A stretch of DNA of 64,000 nucleotides, taken from Scyliorhinus canicula. Lineage: Eukaryota. Position numbers and translations under genes: made by a program. Position 1 is the first letter of the stretch. Each line of letters opens with the position of its first letter. Where the stretch lies: assembly GCF_902713615.1 (NCBI RefSeq), contig NC_052158.1, forward strand, positions 53,042,823 through 53,106,822. Reading direction: 5' to 3'. Below, piece after piece: positions 22,933 to 34,930 of this stretch. The notes beneath the pieces were generated by a model. That model had not been told where the DNA came from and did no database searches. It saw only the letters and a program-made list of their open reading frames with translations.

Positions 22933-23355
22933 CGATGATTTCCTGATTCATGGGACTTCTTCCAGAGCAGGATGATTTCCTGATCCATGCATCTTCAACA
23001 CTGGAGCATGAAGATTTCATGATCTATGGATCCCCTACACCGGAACATGATGATTTCCTGATTCATGGGACTTCTTCCGGAGCATGATGATTTTCTGATC
23101 CATACAACATTGGAGCATGAAGATTTCATGATCCACGGATCTCTACGCCAGAGCAGGATGATTTCCTGAACCATGGATCTCTACACTGGAACACAGTGAT
23201 TTCCTGATCCATGGATCTCTACAACGGAACACTATGATTTCCTGAGCCATGGATTCCCTACACTGGAACATGATAATTTCCTGACCCATGAATCTCTACA
23301 CCGGAACATGATGATTTCCTGATCCAAGGATATCTACACCGGAACCCGATGATTC
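22933..23355 (+). repeat. Diverged minisatellite, ~11-12 units of 33-39 bp (GATGATTTCCTGATCCATGGATCTCTACACTGGAACAT), derived from the Gypsy RT catalytic motif
   Basis: Each unit begins with DDFLIHG-type codons, matching ATGGATGACTTCCTGATCCATGG at ~22776-22798. Confidence 0.85.
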
Positions 23356-23359
23356 ACCT

Positions 23360-25447
23360 TGGGATGGAGGGGCAGCTGGTTCGAGACCGGGCTGCCCCTG
23401 TGTCGTCTGGACCTGCCAGAACTAGCAGTTCCCAATGGTCACATCATTGTGTCGACGCCCTCAGTGATGCTCCTCAGTGACTGGGACAAGCTCCTCAGTG
23501 CCTCGGCCATTCCCATCTGAGAGCTGGACGTGTCCTCATCAAAATAAGCCTGGTCCATCCCTTGAGCGAGGCGAACATTCTGCCAAGACCGTCAGCCGTA
23601 GCCGTCACTGACTGCCCGACACCTTGGACACCTTCAATAATCGTGCATTAGGCTCCCCACTTAGGTTGTCACCATAGCAGCGTTGGCCTCGGTGTCACAC
23701 ATTGCCGATGACATCTCCTGCGCCCGTAGCCTCTGGGACTCCTTCAAGCAGCTATGGATCTGGTGGAGTGATGCTGACATCTCCCTCTGAATGTCCCAGC
23801 CACACCCTAATATCTACATGACCTCCGGAATGACTTCTTCCACAGGCTCAAGCATCAGGCTGGGACCCACCTGGGATCCAGCAGACCTCTGACTGCTTTC
23901 TCGCCTGGGGGTTCCTGCCTCCACCTGATGTACACCAGCAGTTGTGTGGTGCCCCCGAAGCCTGACCACTAACGTTTCCCACTAAGGTGTGTGTATCTGC
24001 GCTGGTGGAAGGTGGGAATGACAGCTGTGATACAAATATTACGGTGGCATCCTCGGAGCTGGCGTCCGTGGTGTTCCCCTGGGAGGCTGGAGAGGGGGCT
24101 ATCCAGGATGGGCCGGTGCCGCTGGCTTGAGGACCTGTGGGAGAATGGACATGTGGTCTATGGGAGGGATGGGTCAGTCAGTAAGGCAATAACAACTCGC
24201 GTTTGACAGGTCCTCCGGGTGGAGCCCGGTGGTTACTCACCTCTGCAGCATCTGCCAGCCTCCACATGGGTGACCGCCCTGTCCTCAACCACATCAGTCA
24301 CCTCCAGGCATGCTCCTCGAAAGTGGTGAGGATTTTGATGTCAGGCACCCAACCGTCAGTCTGGGCCCTCTCCCGGAGATTATGGGAGAGCTTTTCCTGA
24401 AGAGACGCAGAGAGGACATCGTTAGCCATACGCATGGTTCATAGTGGTGGGAGGGGGGCTGTGAAGGAAGGGTTGGGTGTGTTGAAGGGAGAGGGGATGG
24501 AGGGAGGGTTGGGGGTCACCTAGAGAGTTGGGGGCTGGATGCTCCCTTGGGGATGGAAGTGTCTCAGAGACTCGGGGGGTTGGGCGTTGATTTCTACTCA
24601 CTCGTGCTGCCTGATGTCGGTCATTGACCTTTTACTGGCACTGGAGGCCAGTCCTCTGTAGTGATCCTTCCATGGGTATGTACAGAAGGGGCTGATGGGT
24701 AATGGAAAGACCACCAGGCGGCAACACTGCCGTGTATAAAAGTGGGACGCAGACAGCCCTCCCCCTCTCTTTGGCTGATGTGACTGTGAGGAGAACAGGA
24801 ACAGAAATTTAGCTCAGGGCTGCTAGTGTGGTCAGGCCTAGTTGCTGAGCATAGAAAAGTTGTAACCTTTTTACTAGTGCAGTTCTTTAAGAGCTCATGG
24901 AGTTATTTAAGTTGTGTTGCTCAATAAGCCTTCTATCAAACTTCTGGACGACTTTGAGCCTTCTTCCAGAGCGTCTACTGTTGCTGAGTTGAGCAGCACA
25001 GATTACCATCTCTAAAGGTAACAAAACACCCTCCTGGTCACACTCCAGGTACTCACAGCTGCCGCCACCTCGTCCCAGGCAGCACTAGTTGTCCTATAGT
25101 TGACCCTCTGCGACCCTCTGGGAACAGAACATCCCTCCTGGCCTCCACAGCGTTTTGTCGCCTCCCCAGGTCTGGATCCCCAAATCCTGGGGCCGGCTCC
25201 TGGGCGCCATTGTTGTGAGATGGCTCAGCAAGTGCTGCTTATGCGCTGCCCGTCCTTGTTAGTGTGAGCGGGGTGCCGGCGAATCAGCTGGCGAGCCTTC
25301 ATTTGTGACGAGAAGCCCGTGAGGCTTCGTTATGTGGACCAATTAACATTGAATAGCGTTGCTGGCCTTGCTCGCCTGAGTGTCGGGAAGCTCGCAGCAG
25401 TTCCTGCTCGCGACAACACTCAGAAATCTCTCTGGGGAATTGCACCC
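23360..25447 (-). mobile_element. Harbinger transposon remnant: spliced Myb/SANT-like gene, decayed
   Basis: ATG GCG CCC AGG at 25210; EVAAAVS..VTRR|TGLQC..KVND helix motif; donors GTGAGT at ~24600 and ~24238, acceptor TCTCTTCAG ~24395; TIR-like end ~25435-25447. Confidence 0.75.
24657..25028 (+). mobile_element. Solo LTR (372 bp) interrupting the Harbinger Myb/SANT exon
   Basis: TGTAGT...AAAACA termini; 5-bp TSD TCCTC/CCCTC (1 mismatch); removing it restores the VTRRTGLQC frame; TATAAAA at ~24734. Confidence 0.8.
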
Positions 25448-26674
25448 CTAATCTTTAAAATAGTCCAGGCAATCAAAGATTATCCACCACCCCCAAAGCA
25501 GAGCATCATGGGAATGGTGAATCAAGCAGGACAGTTCGTACCTCATTTGACCCATCTGAATGAACCATGGTGACAACTGCTGAGACAAGGCTAAGCATGG
25601 TGTTGGGGAGAAAATCAATAGGTTAAAAGGATATTTCACCAGACATACTGGCTCACTATGATCTGGAACTGCTGACAGTAGTTGCTGCAGATGCCTCATT
25701 GACTGGACTGGGAGCCATATTCTTTCAGACTCAGAATGATGGTCAATACAAATCAGCAGACTGCACATCTCACTCAGACAGCAAAGCTACACTAATTATA
25801 ATGGAAGCATTAGAGGCCAGATGGGCTTGTGACACGTTTGTTGACTATGTTTTATGCCCAAGGTTAGCTATGTTAGAGTGACCACAAACATTAGGTTACA
25901 TTATTAAATGCTGAAGAACTAGCACGGATACCGCAGAGGCCCAGATATTTCATTTGAGATTAATGAGGCGACAACCAAATGCATCAAATTGTAGTTGACA
26001 CATTGTCGCTCACTCCAGTTGAAAGCTGAAGAAGAGGTCACACATTTTGTTGAAGATGGGGAGTCCTAAAAAAAAGATGGGAAGTCCTATACTACGTTGA
26101 CCACAACAATGCTACCAGCAATAACACAGGCGCACAATGAAATTTGAAAGGCACTAAAATCAGTTGAAGATGTTCAAATTCAGGAATATTGCTTCCAAGG
26201 ATGGCTAAAATATGTTGCAAATAATCTCATCCTGTGTAAGTTCTTGTACTATTTGAACTTAAATTCAATTTCGTTCATTTCAGACTTTAACCAGAAAAGG
26301 CAACAGGAGAACACGGTGAAGTAAGTCAGGAACCCTTAAATTAGGAATTATTACTAAACGAAGCAGGGCAGTGACTTGATGAAAGCTCTTGCTTTCTGGT
26401 TCAGTTTAGGTGCGGGGCAACACGCGGCTTCCGTTCCCTCCCCGTAACCCCGGCGGGTCTTCTGCTTCCCTCTGGACAGCAAACTCAGAAAAGTTCACTT
26501 TCAAACTTGGTGCGCGTCTTTCACACTGCTGTTTATTAACCCTTTCCAAACCACAACCACAGCATGATCCATGATGTCATTGTTTCCTGATTGGCCTGAA
26601 GGAGGCAAGGGTAAATCTCAATTGGCTTAAGGGGTGTGTGATTGGTCTAGGCAGGCATGATCAATTTCTGGCAA

Positions 26675-26830
26675 GCATCTGTAGGGAGAGAAAAGAGCTA
26701 ACGTTTCATCTGGACTCAAAACATTAGCTCTTTTCTCTCGCTACAGATGCCGGCAGACCTGCTGAGATTTTCTAGCATTTTGTCTTTTGGTTTCAGATTC
26801 CAGCATCCGCAGTAATTTGCTTTTATTATG
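26675..26830. repeat. Penelope terminal-repeat fragment forming a ~32-bp-arm inverted repeat (26675-26750)
   Basis: GCATCTGTAGGGAGAGAAAAGAGCTAACGTTT-catctggactca-AAACATTAGCTCTTTTCTCTCGCTACAGATGC; similar to 7190-7290 and 32785-32870. Confidence 0.75.
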
Positions 26831-27029
26831 ATCAATTTCCAATTGGTTTCCGAAAGGTGATGGCCACCTATTGATTTATTTTCCCACCATCTTGTGACAG
26901 GCCGTCTAAGGTGTCAATTACTTCTGAGACCATCCTTCCCTTAAAGTTTGTTTAGTCACCCTCCTGCTAAGATCAAAGGATGGCACCTCCCTTGCCCATT
27001 GTTTAGGAAAGAGGAAGCATGTTATCTTA

Positions 27030-29452
27030 TCGTTTGAGTACTTTAGATGGATCCGTTTTTGTCCAATGCGTGCAGGAGGGTTTCCTGATGCAGTATGTAG
27101 ATAGGCCAACAAGAGGCGAGGCCCTATTGGATTTGGTACTGGGTAATGAACCAGGACAGGTGTTAGATTTGGAGGTAGGTGAGCATTTTGGTGATAGTGA
27201 CCACAATTCGATTACGTTTACTTTAGCGATGGGAAGGGATAGGTATAAACCGCAGGGCAAGAGTTATTGCTGGGGGAAAGGCAATTATGATGCGATGAGG
27301 CAAGACTTAGGATGCATCGCCTGGAGAGGAAAACTGCAGGGGATGGACAAAATGGAAATGTGGAGCATGTTCAAGGAACAGCTACTGCGTGTCCTTGATA
27401 AGTATGTACCTGTTAGGCAGGGAGGAAGTGGTCGAGTGAGGGAACCATGGGTTACTAAAGCAGTTGAATCACTTGTCAAGAGGAAGAAGGAGGCTTTTCA
27501 CAGTAACTTCATTGAAGCCTACTCGTGACAATAAGCGATTTTCATTTCATTTCATTTCATTTCATTTCATTTCATATGTGAAGATGAGACGTGATGGTTT
27601 AGTTGCGTCGCTTGAGAGTTACAAGTTAGCTAGGAAGGCTCTAAAGAGAGCTAAGAAGAGCCAAGCGAGGACATGAGAAGTCTTTGGCAGGTAGGATCAA
27701 GGATAACCCTAAAGTATATCAGGAATAAAAGAATGACTAAGGTAAGAGTAGGGCCAGTCAAGGACAGTAGTGGGAAGTTGTGCGTAGAGTCTGAGGAGAT
27801 AGGAGAGGTGCTAAATGAGTATTTTTCGTCAGTATTCACACAGGAAAAGACAAAGTTGTCGAGGAGAATACTGAGTACAGGCTACTAGACTAGAAGGACT
27901 TGAGGTTCATAAGGAGGAGGTGTTAGCGATTCTGGAAAGTGTGAAGATAGATAAGTCCCCAGGGCCGGATGGGATTTATCCGAGGAGTCTCTGGGAAGCT
28001 AGGGAGGAGATTGCTGAGCCTTTGGCTTTGATCTTTAAGTCATCTTTGTCTACAGGAATAGTGCCAGAGGACTGGAGGATAGCAAATGTTGTCCCCTTGT
28101 ACAAGAAGGGGAGTAGAGATAACCCTGGTAACTATAGGCCAGTGAGCCTTACTTCTGTTGTGGGAAATGTCTTGGAAAGGTTTATAAGAGGTAGGATGTA
28201 TAATCATCTGGAAAGGAATAATTTGATTAGAGATAGTCAACACGGTTTTGTGAAGGGTAGGTCGTGCCTCACAAACCTTATTGAGTTCTTTGAGAAGGTG
28301 ACCAAACAGGTGGATGAGGAGTTGATGTGGTGTGTATGGATTTCAGTAAAGCGTTTGATAAGGTTCCCCACGGTAGGCTATTGCAGAAAATACGGAGGCA
28401 TGGGATTCAGGGTGATTTAGCAGTTTGGATCAGAAATTGGCTAGCTGATAGAAGACAAAGAGTGGTGGTTGATGGGAAATGCTCTGACTGGTGTCCAGTT
28501 ACTAGTGGTGTGCCACAAGGATCTGTTTTGGGGCCGTTGCTGTTTGTCATTTTTATAAATGACCTGGAGGAGGGCGTAGAAGGATGGGTGAGTAAATTTG
28601 CGGATGACACTAAAGTCGGTGGAGTTGTGGACAGTGCAGAAGGATGTTACGAGGGACATAGATAAGCTGCAGAGCTGGGCTGACAGGTGATTCATTTTGG
28701 AAGGAATAACAGAAAGGCAGAGTACTGGGCTAATGGTAAGATTCTTGGTAGTGTGGACGAGCAGAGAGATCCCAGTGTCCATGTCCATAGATCCCTGAAA
28801 GTTGCCACCCAGGTTGAGAGGGTTGTTAAGAAGGCGTACGGTGTGTTAGCTTTTATTGGTAGAGGAATTGAGTTTCGGAGCCATGAGGTCATGTTTAGCA
28901 GTTGTACAAAACTCTGGTGCGGCCGCATTTGGAGTATTGTGTGCAGTTCTGGTCGCCACATTATAGGAAGGATGTGGAAGCATTGGAAAGGGTACAGAGG
29001 AGATTTACAAGAATGTTGCCTGGTATGGAGGGAAGATCATATGAGGAAAGGCTGAAGGACTTGAGGCTGTTTTCATTAGAGAGAAGAAGGTTAAGAGGTG
29101 ACTTAATTGAGGCATACAAGATGATCAGAGGATTAGATAGGGTGGACAGTGAGAGCCTTTTTCCTCGGATGGTGATGTCCAGCACGAGGGGACATAGCTT
29201 TAAATTGAGGGGAGATAGATATAGGACAGATGTCAGAGGTAGGTTCTTTACTCAGAGAGTAGTAAAGCCGTGGAATGCCCTGCCTGCAACAGTAGTGGAC
29301 TCGCCAACACTAAACGCATTCAAATGGTCATTGGATAGGCATATGGATGATAAGGGAATAGTGTAGAGGGACTTTAGAGGGGTTTCACGGGACGGCGCAA
29401 CATCGTGGGCCGAAGGGCCTGTACTGCGCTGTAATGTTCTATGTTCTATGTT
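27030..29452 (+). mobile_element. 5'-truncated CR1 (APE end, RT, 3' tail) with internal deletions and a SINE-tail/(TTTCA)n insertion at ~27498-27574
   Basis: [33 protein letters not shown]; tail GGGCCGAAGGGCCTGTACTGCGCTGTAATGTTCTATGTTCTATG. Confidence 0.93.
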
Positions 29453-29644
29453 TGAATGGTGACTTGAATTCATCTCGTTATGGAATTTGCTTAAGTAGTG
29501 CAGGCTCCTCAATAAATCAAATCCTGATCAGTGACTGCTTTCGAGGCCCTGACCTTTATCTATAGCTGTTGGGTCTGGACTAAGTCACTTTAATATTAGA
29601 ACAAAGACTAAAGTGGTAATGTTGCTTAAAACTTAAAACTGTTA

Positions 29645-30527
29645 GTGCGATCTACCCAAATGGACGCACAGAGTCCCATAATGCGCACAGTTAGCCAGGT
29701 GTTTCCCGGTGCTTGGAGCATGGAGAAACACCACGCTACCAAATGGCCATTCCGGTAGATTGGGGGCCTCAATGGGGAACGTGCAAACAAGGCCCCACTT
29801 AGTCCTGTTTAACAGAAGAGCTCCGCTCGCTAGAACTTCTCGGTGCAGGATGAGATCAGGATACCATTTTTAACCCCAGTAGATCTCAAACCCCCCCCCG
29901 TCGCAACACCCGAAACACCCTCAAGCCGCAACTCACAAAAGGGGATTCTTAGGCCCCCCTGTACCCCTCTGCACCTGCACAGGGCATCCCAGGCTCGATC
30001 CACAGCTTGGGGAAAATGCCAGTTTGGCAACTTGGCAGTGCCAGCTTGGGACCACCTCTGCCAGTACCAGCCTGGCACCCAGATGGTACTGCCAGGGTGC
30101 CAGTCCCAATGTGCCAGGCTGGCACCAGAAGTGCTAGGGTACCACCCTCACCAGAGGACAAGCACCTGGGGGCCTGTGATCTCCTGGGTGACCCACCACG
30201 AGTGCTGTTCCATTTGGTCCCTGTTTGTGGGGACCAGCATTAAACGGCTCTCGCCGAAGATCTCCAAGGTGAAGGAGTTAGATCCCAACGCCTTGGTTAC
30301 CTCAGGGAACTGCATATCTAAGTGAGAGAGCTATCTCGCTCTAATATGTGATTTGCTCAAAATGATCCCGCCCACAATGGGTGGGTTCACATCGCGGTGT
30401 CTCAGAAGATTGCATTAAATCTTGCGAGGTGAAGCGAGTCGGGCAGATTCCGGAAGAGGGATCGCCTGCCATCTACCGGTCACATGGTGCAGCCTTTTGG
30501 GCATGATGTGGTCGATAGATCTCGCCC
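29645..30527. mobile_element. Non-autonomous Harbinger-type element (MITE-like)
   Basis: Imperfect TIRs GTGCGATCTA / GGGCGAGATCTA, related to other GGGCG-ended elements in the window; no real ORF; TSD not clear. Confidence 0.5.
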
Positions 30528-30672
30528 TGCATATCTAACACAGAATACTACAAGTTACTAATACAGAAAGTTACAAACCAAGTCGCACCTAAAGTTAGAC
30601 AGAGTGAGTATACAATTTAAATGTATAGTATTGGTCCCTGTTTAAAATGTGACATTCTAAACCAGTCTCACA

Positions 30673-31132
30673 GAACATAGAGAAATACAGCACAGAACAG
30701 GCCCTTCGGCCCACGATATTGTACCGAACTTTTGTCCGAGGTTAATCATAGATTATCATAGAATTTTGGACACTAAGGGCAATTTATCATGGCCAATCCA
30801 CCCAACCTGCACATATTTGGGCTGTGGGACGAAACTGGAGCGCCTGGAGGAAACCCACGCACACACGGGGAGGGTGTGCAGACTCCACACAGACAGTGAC
30901 CCAAGCCGGAATCGAACCTGGGACCCTGGAGCTGTGAACCAATTGTGCTATCCACAATGCTACCGTGCTGCCCTTAAGAACAAATTAATCTACACTCCAT
31001 TATTCTACCCTAATCCATGTACCTATCCAATAGCCGAAGGTCCCTAACGTTTCTGACTCACTACTTCCACAGGCAGTGCATTTCATGCCCCCACTACTCT
31101 CTGGGTAAAGAACCTACCTCTAACATCCTCCT
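30673..31132 (-). mobile_element. 5'-truncated CR1 3' end carrying the same embedded V-SINE (30757-30973) as 12930-13385
   Basis: Reverse complement aligns colinearly with 12930-13380, including the TTAATTTGTTCTTAA|GGGCAGCAC junction and the GTGTCCAAAATTCTATGA SINE end. Confidence 0.92.
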
Positions 31133-31519
31133 TATACATTTAGTTTATACATAGTTTTGAATAATAAAAATCTGAATAATTGTTCTATTAAACGAATCAC
31201 ACACTATCACAAAGTTCAACTCTAATACAAAGTTAAAGATAATTCTCAACAACTTAGAGCTAAACTAATGTAAGGAACATCTGTTGTTGTACTTCCTCTC
31301 TCACCACAGATTTCTGCTAACCTTTTTACTGATAACTAACATGAGCTACCCATTCAACCTTGAAGGCAGTTTCTGTGCATACCTCATCCATACTTAGCTT
31401 TGTTCTGCCTAAAATCTCAAGATGCAATGTCCTGTCAACTAAAGCTCAGAATAGCCACTGAACTAAAACCATTCATGTGACATCAATTTAGTTAAGGAAT
31501 CACAAAACGTTAATCTGCA

Positions 31520-31960
31520 GACACAGCAAGTCATTAGGAAGGCAAACAGTCTATTGGTGTTTATTGTGAGGGGAATGGAATATACAAATAGTGAAGTTTT
31601 ACTGCAGCTGTACAGGGTCTTGGTGAGACATCATCTGCAATGCTGAGTACAGTTTTGTTCTCCTTATTCAAAAAGGAGATCAGTAGCAGGTCAGAGAGAG
31701 TTCACGTTACTGATTCCCAGGATGGAGGCGGGGGTTATCTTAGGAAAGGGTTAACAGGTTGCGATACTCATTGGAGTTTTGAAAATAAGAGGTTATCTTA
31801 TTGAACGTACGACATCCTGAGGGAATTTGACAGGGCATTTGAGGCTGGAACTAAGGGAGGACAGTTTGAGAAAGGTTGCCCTTTTAAGACAGAGATGTGG
31901 AGAAAGAGTATTGAGTGGCAGATCCAGCTCCGAAGGGCTAAATGGCCTGCTCCTGTTTTA
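31520..31960 (+). mobile_element. Old degraded CR1 3' fragment
   Basis: Remnants of RGMEYK..LYRVLVR..LQ..VQF..P and a CR1-like 3' tail. Confidence 0.6.
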
Positions 31961-33654
31961 CTTCTGCTGTGTTGATCACCTTGTTGATTTATGACAAGAG
32001 ATTAGTTGTACCTAGATTCCTCAGATCCTTCAGAGAATACACCACGGACACATGGGCATTGCAAGGTGATGTGCTGGAGCATAAAATCCCATTTGGTGGC
32101 CAGGGATCTCAAAATAATTGACAGAAATTATTTAAAATTACATTAGCTGCCTGATCCATCGGCAGAAATGAAGGGAACCATTGATGAATCCTCATTTCCA
32201 TCCTGAACATGGGAATATCTTGGAATGGATATTTATAAGCTCAGGGGGAAGACATTCCTTACAAGTGTTTAGCCTTACTCCAGATGGATTGAGGTTAAGT
32301 ATCTACATGGTCCCAGCTCAGAACCTGTCAATAAATTACTGAAAGAAATGTTTGCAGCACTCAACATTCCAGATCCAGCTATTTTAGACGGTGGCCCACA
32401 GTTTGCAAATGAATGGTGTAAGCAGTTCACAGAAGACTGTGGCCAGAATGTTTTGGTTCTCCCGCTGGTGGGAAATTCCAGACCCCTCCCCTCCCCCCCT
32501 CCCCCCAAGTGGTGGCCTGCGAGCATTGCAAATGCTATTGACTCCGGAAGATCTTGGCGGCGGCCAATGGCGATCTGTCTCCATCGCTGGAAACATCCAT
32601 TGCAGCGAGTGCTGTAAAATGTGCTGTCTATGGGTTTATCCGCATGACTAGCTCACCCAGATCCCCACACACCGATGGGGTGGCTGAAAGAGGAGCAAAA
32701 ACAATAAAGGCTTTGGTGAACCAAAATGACAATATCAACTTGGCACTGTTGAGCTCTTGTCCCACATCATTCCAGAATGGTCTGAAATTAAAACAGAAAG
32801 TGCTGGAAAAACTCAACAGGTCTGGCAGCATCTGTGGAGAGAGAAACAGAGTTAACATTTCAAGTCTTCAATATTTAGATTTTATTCCAAAATGGTGTGG
32901 TTCAGTCTGAACTTCTAACAGGAGGATCACTGCGGATTCAACTTCCTGCTGTTCTGCCCATGCATACATACACCGTGTTTCAACGCAGCAGGTATACAGA
33001 GTAAAGGAGAAGGTGGGTGACTATCCTCCAAATCCAACCAGAAACTATAAACAGCAGCATAGAGTACACAGCTTAGCAAAACTCAGCCAGGGTAGTCCAT
33101 GAGCAAAACTGTGAAGGCCAAGTTTTGGAAAAATCTCTACCTCTGAAATTTTATCTTGTGGAGACTGAAAATGGGACAGTGACGGGAAACAGAAACATGC
33201 CCATATCTACAAGGAGAATATTAATGGAATGGACCAACTATCCAGGGAATCAGGAAGACAACCTCAACAGGAGCTGGTGGTCTCTGATGATTCATATATG
33301 ACTCAACAGAGTTTGAGAGAGAGAGAATGTGGAGAACCTGAATCCTCAGAGAGAGAGCTGAGAATAAGGTCAGGGAACTTGCGAAGCCACCACAATGATT
33401 ATCTCTGTGAACGAGGGGTGAAGGCAGAGCTTCTGAGTAGAAAGGGGGACGGGGGTTGTAGGATAATGTAAATAATTTATTCAGTAGAGTCAGAGACTGG
33501 GGGGGGGGAGATGCAGTGTAAAGGGCTAATGCTAAATATGTGACGAGATCATCAACATTGTCAGTGATGTAAGATTACATTGTAAATGGAGATAGCTCCA
33601 TGCGAAGCCTCGTACTAAGCCTTGTTCTCTATATCATTAGGAGAATGTTAATGA

Positions 33655-34470
33655 AAGTAGGTAATGAAGAAGGCAAATGGAATTTTGTCCTTCATTGCGA
33701 GAGGGATGGAGTTTAAAAACTGGGAGGTTATGTTGCAGTTGGTACTGGTGAGGCCACACCTGGAGTAATGTACTGGCACTAGAGGGGTGCAGAGGAGATT
33801 CACTAGGTTGATTCCGGATTTGAGTAGACTGGGGCTATACTCATTGGAATTTAGAATAATACAGAAACATATAAAATTATGACTGGAAAAGTTAAGAAAG
33901 GATCAGGGAAGTTGTTTCCATTGGCTGGTGAAACTAGGATTAGGGGCATGGCCTCATAATAAGGGGGAGCAGATTTAGGACTAAGTTGAGGAGGAACCTC
34001 TTCACCCAAAGGGTTGTGAATCTGTGGAATTCCTTGCCCAATGGAGCAGTTGAGGCTATCTCATTGAATGTTTTAAAAAAAAATTTAGCATAGCCAATTA
34101 TTTTTTTCCAATTAAGGGGCAATTTAGCGTGGCCAATCTACCTACCCTGCACATCTTTGGGTTGTGGGGGTGAAACCCACACAGACATGGGGAGAACGTG
34201 CAAACTCCAGACAGACAGTGACCCAGGGCCGGGGTTCGAACCCGGGTCCTCAGCGCCGTAGGCAGCAATGCTAACCACTGTGCCACCGTGCTGCCCTTCA
34301 TTGAATATTTTTAAGGCAAAGATAGATATATTTTTGAACAGTAAAGGAATCAAGGGTTAATGTGAGCGAGCGGATAAGTGGAGCGGAGTCCACAAAAAGA
34401 TTAACCATTATCTTATTGAATGATGGAGCAGGCTTGAGGTGCCAGACGGCCTACTCCTGCTCCTCATTCT
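33655..34470 (+). mobile_element. CR1 3' fragment with a short-subfamily V-SINE inserted antisense (~34070-34296)
   Basis: ARGMEFKNWEVMLQL..VRPHLE; SINE head GGGCAGCACGGTGGCACAGTGGTTAGC on the minus strand with a shortened V-domain. Confidence 0.8.
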
Positions 34471-34476
34471 TATGTT

Positions 34477-34930
34477 CATAACATTTACAGTGCAGAAGGA
34501 GGCCATTCGGCCCATCGAGTCTGCACCGGCTCTTGGAAAGAGCACCCTACCCAAGGCCCTCTTCGCCATCTAAGGGATTTAAACATTTTCTCATTTTTAG
34601 ATAGGGAGAAACTGTTCCCACTCACAAAAGGATCAAGAAGAGGAGGGCACAGATTTAAAGTGAAAGAAGTAAATGTGATGTGAGATAAAAATGTTTTCAT
34701 AAAGCGAGTGATTGGGGGCTGGAATGCACTGTCTGGGAGTGTGGTGGAGGCGAGTCCAATCAAGGCTTTCAAGAGGGAATGAAATGATTATTTGAAAAGA
34801 GACAATGTGCAGGGGCAAGGGGAAAAGTCAGGGGAATGACCTTAAGTCATGGTGCTCATTGGGAGAGTTAGTGCAGGTACTGATGGGCCAATGGCCTCCT
34901 GCTGTGCTGTAGCAGTTCTATGATTCTGTG
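34477..34930. mobile_element. SINE tail fragment (minus, ~34477-34556) fused to another CR1 3' fragment (plus)
   Basis: CAGTGCAGAAGGAGGCCATTCGGCCCATCGAGTCTGCACC tail; CR1-type 3' UTR ending GATGGGCCAATGGCCTCC. Confidence 0.65.

Larger units (their letters stand above)
17291..33650 (+). mobile_element. Old Gypsy element C (protease-RT-RNase H-integrase-PPT/LTR), scattered by later insertions
   Basis: Colinear plus-strand pieces: protease-like FNGHMMNFK..DVTV (~21990-22050), RT VICHMDDFLIHG (~22765-22800), RT end/RNase H DASLTGLGA (~25690), integrase H(H)GHMG (~32040), IPDPAILDGGPQF (~32370), SPHTDGVAERG (~32660), G-rich PPT ~33497-33510. Confidence 0.72.
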
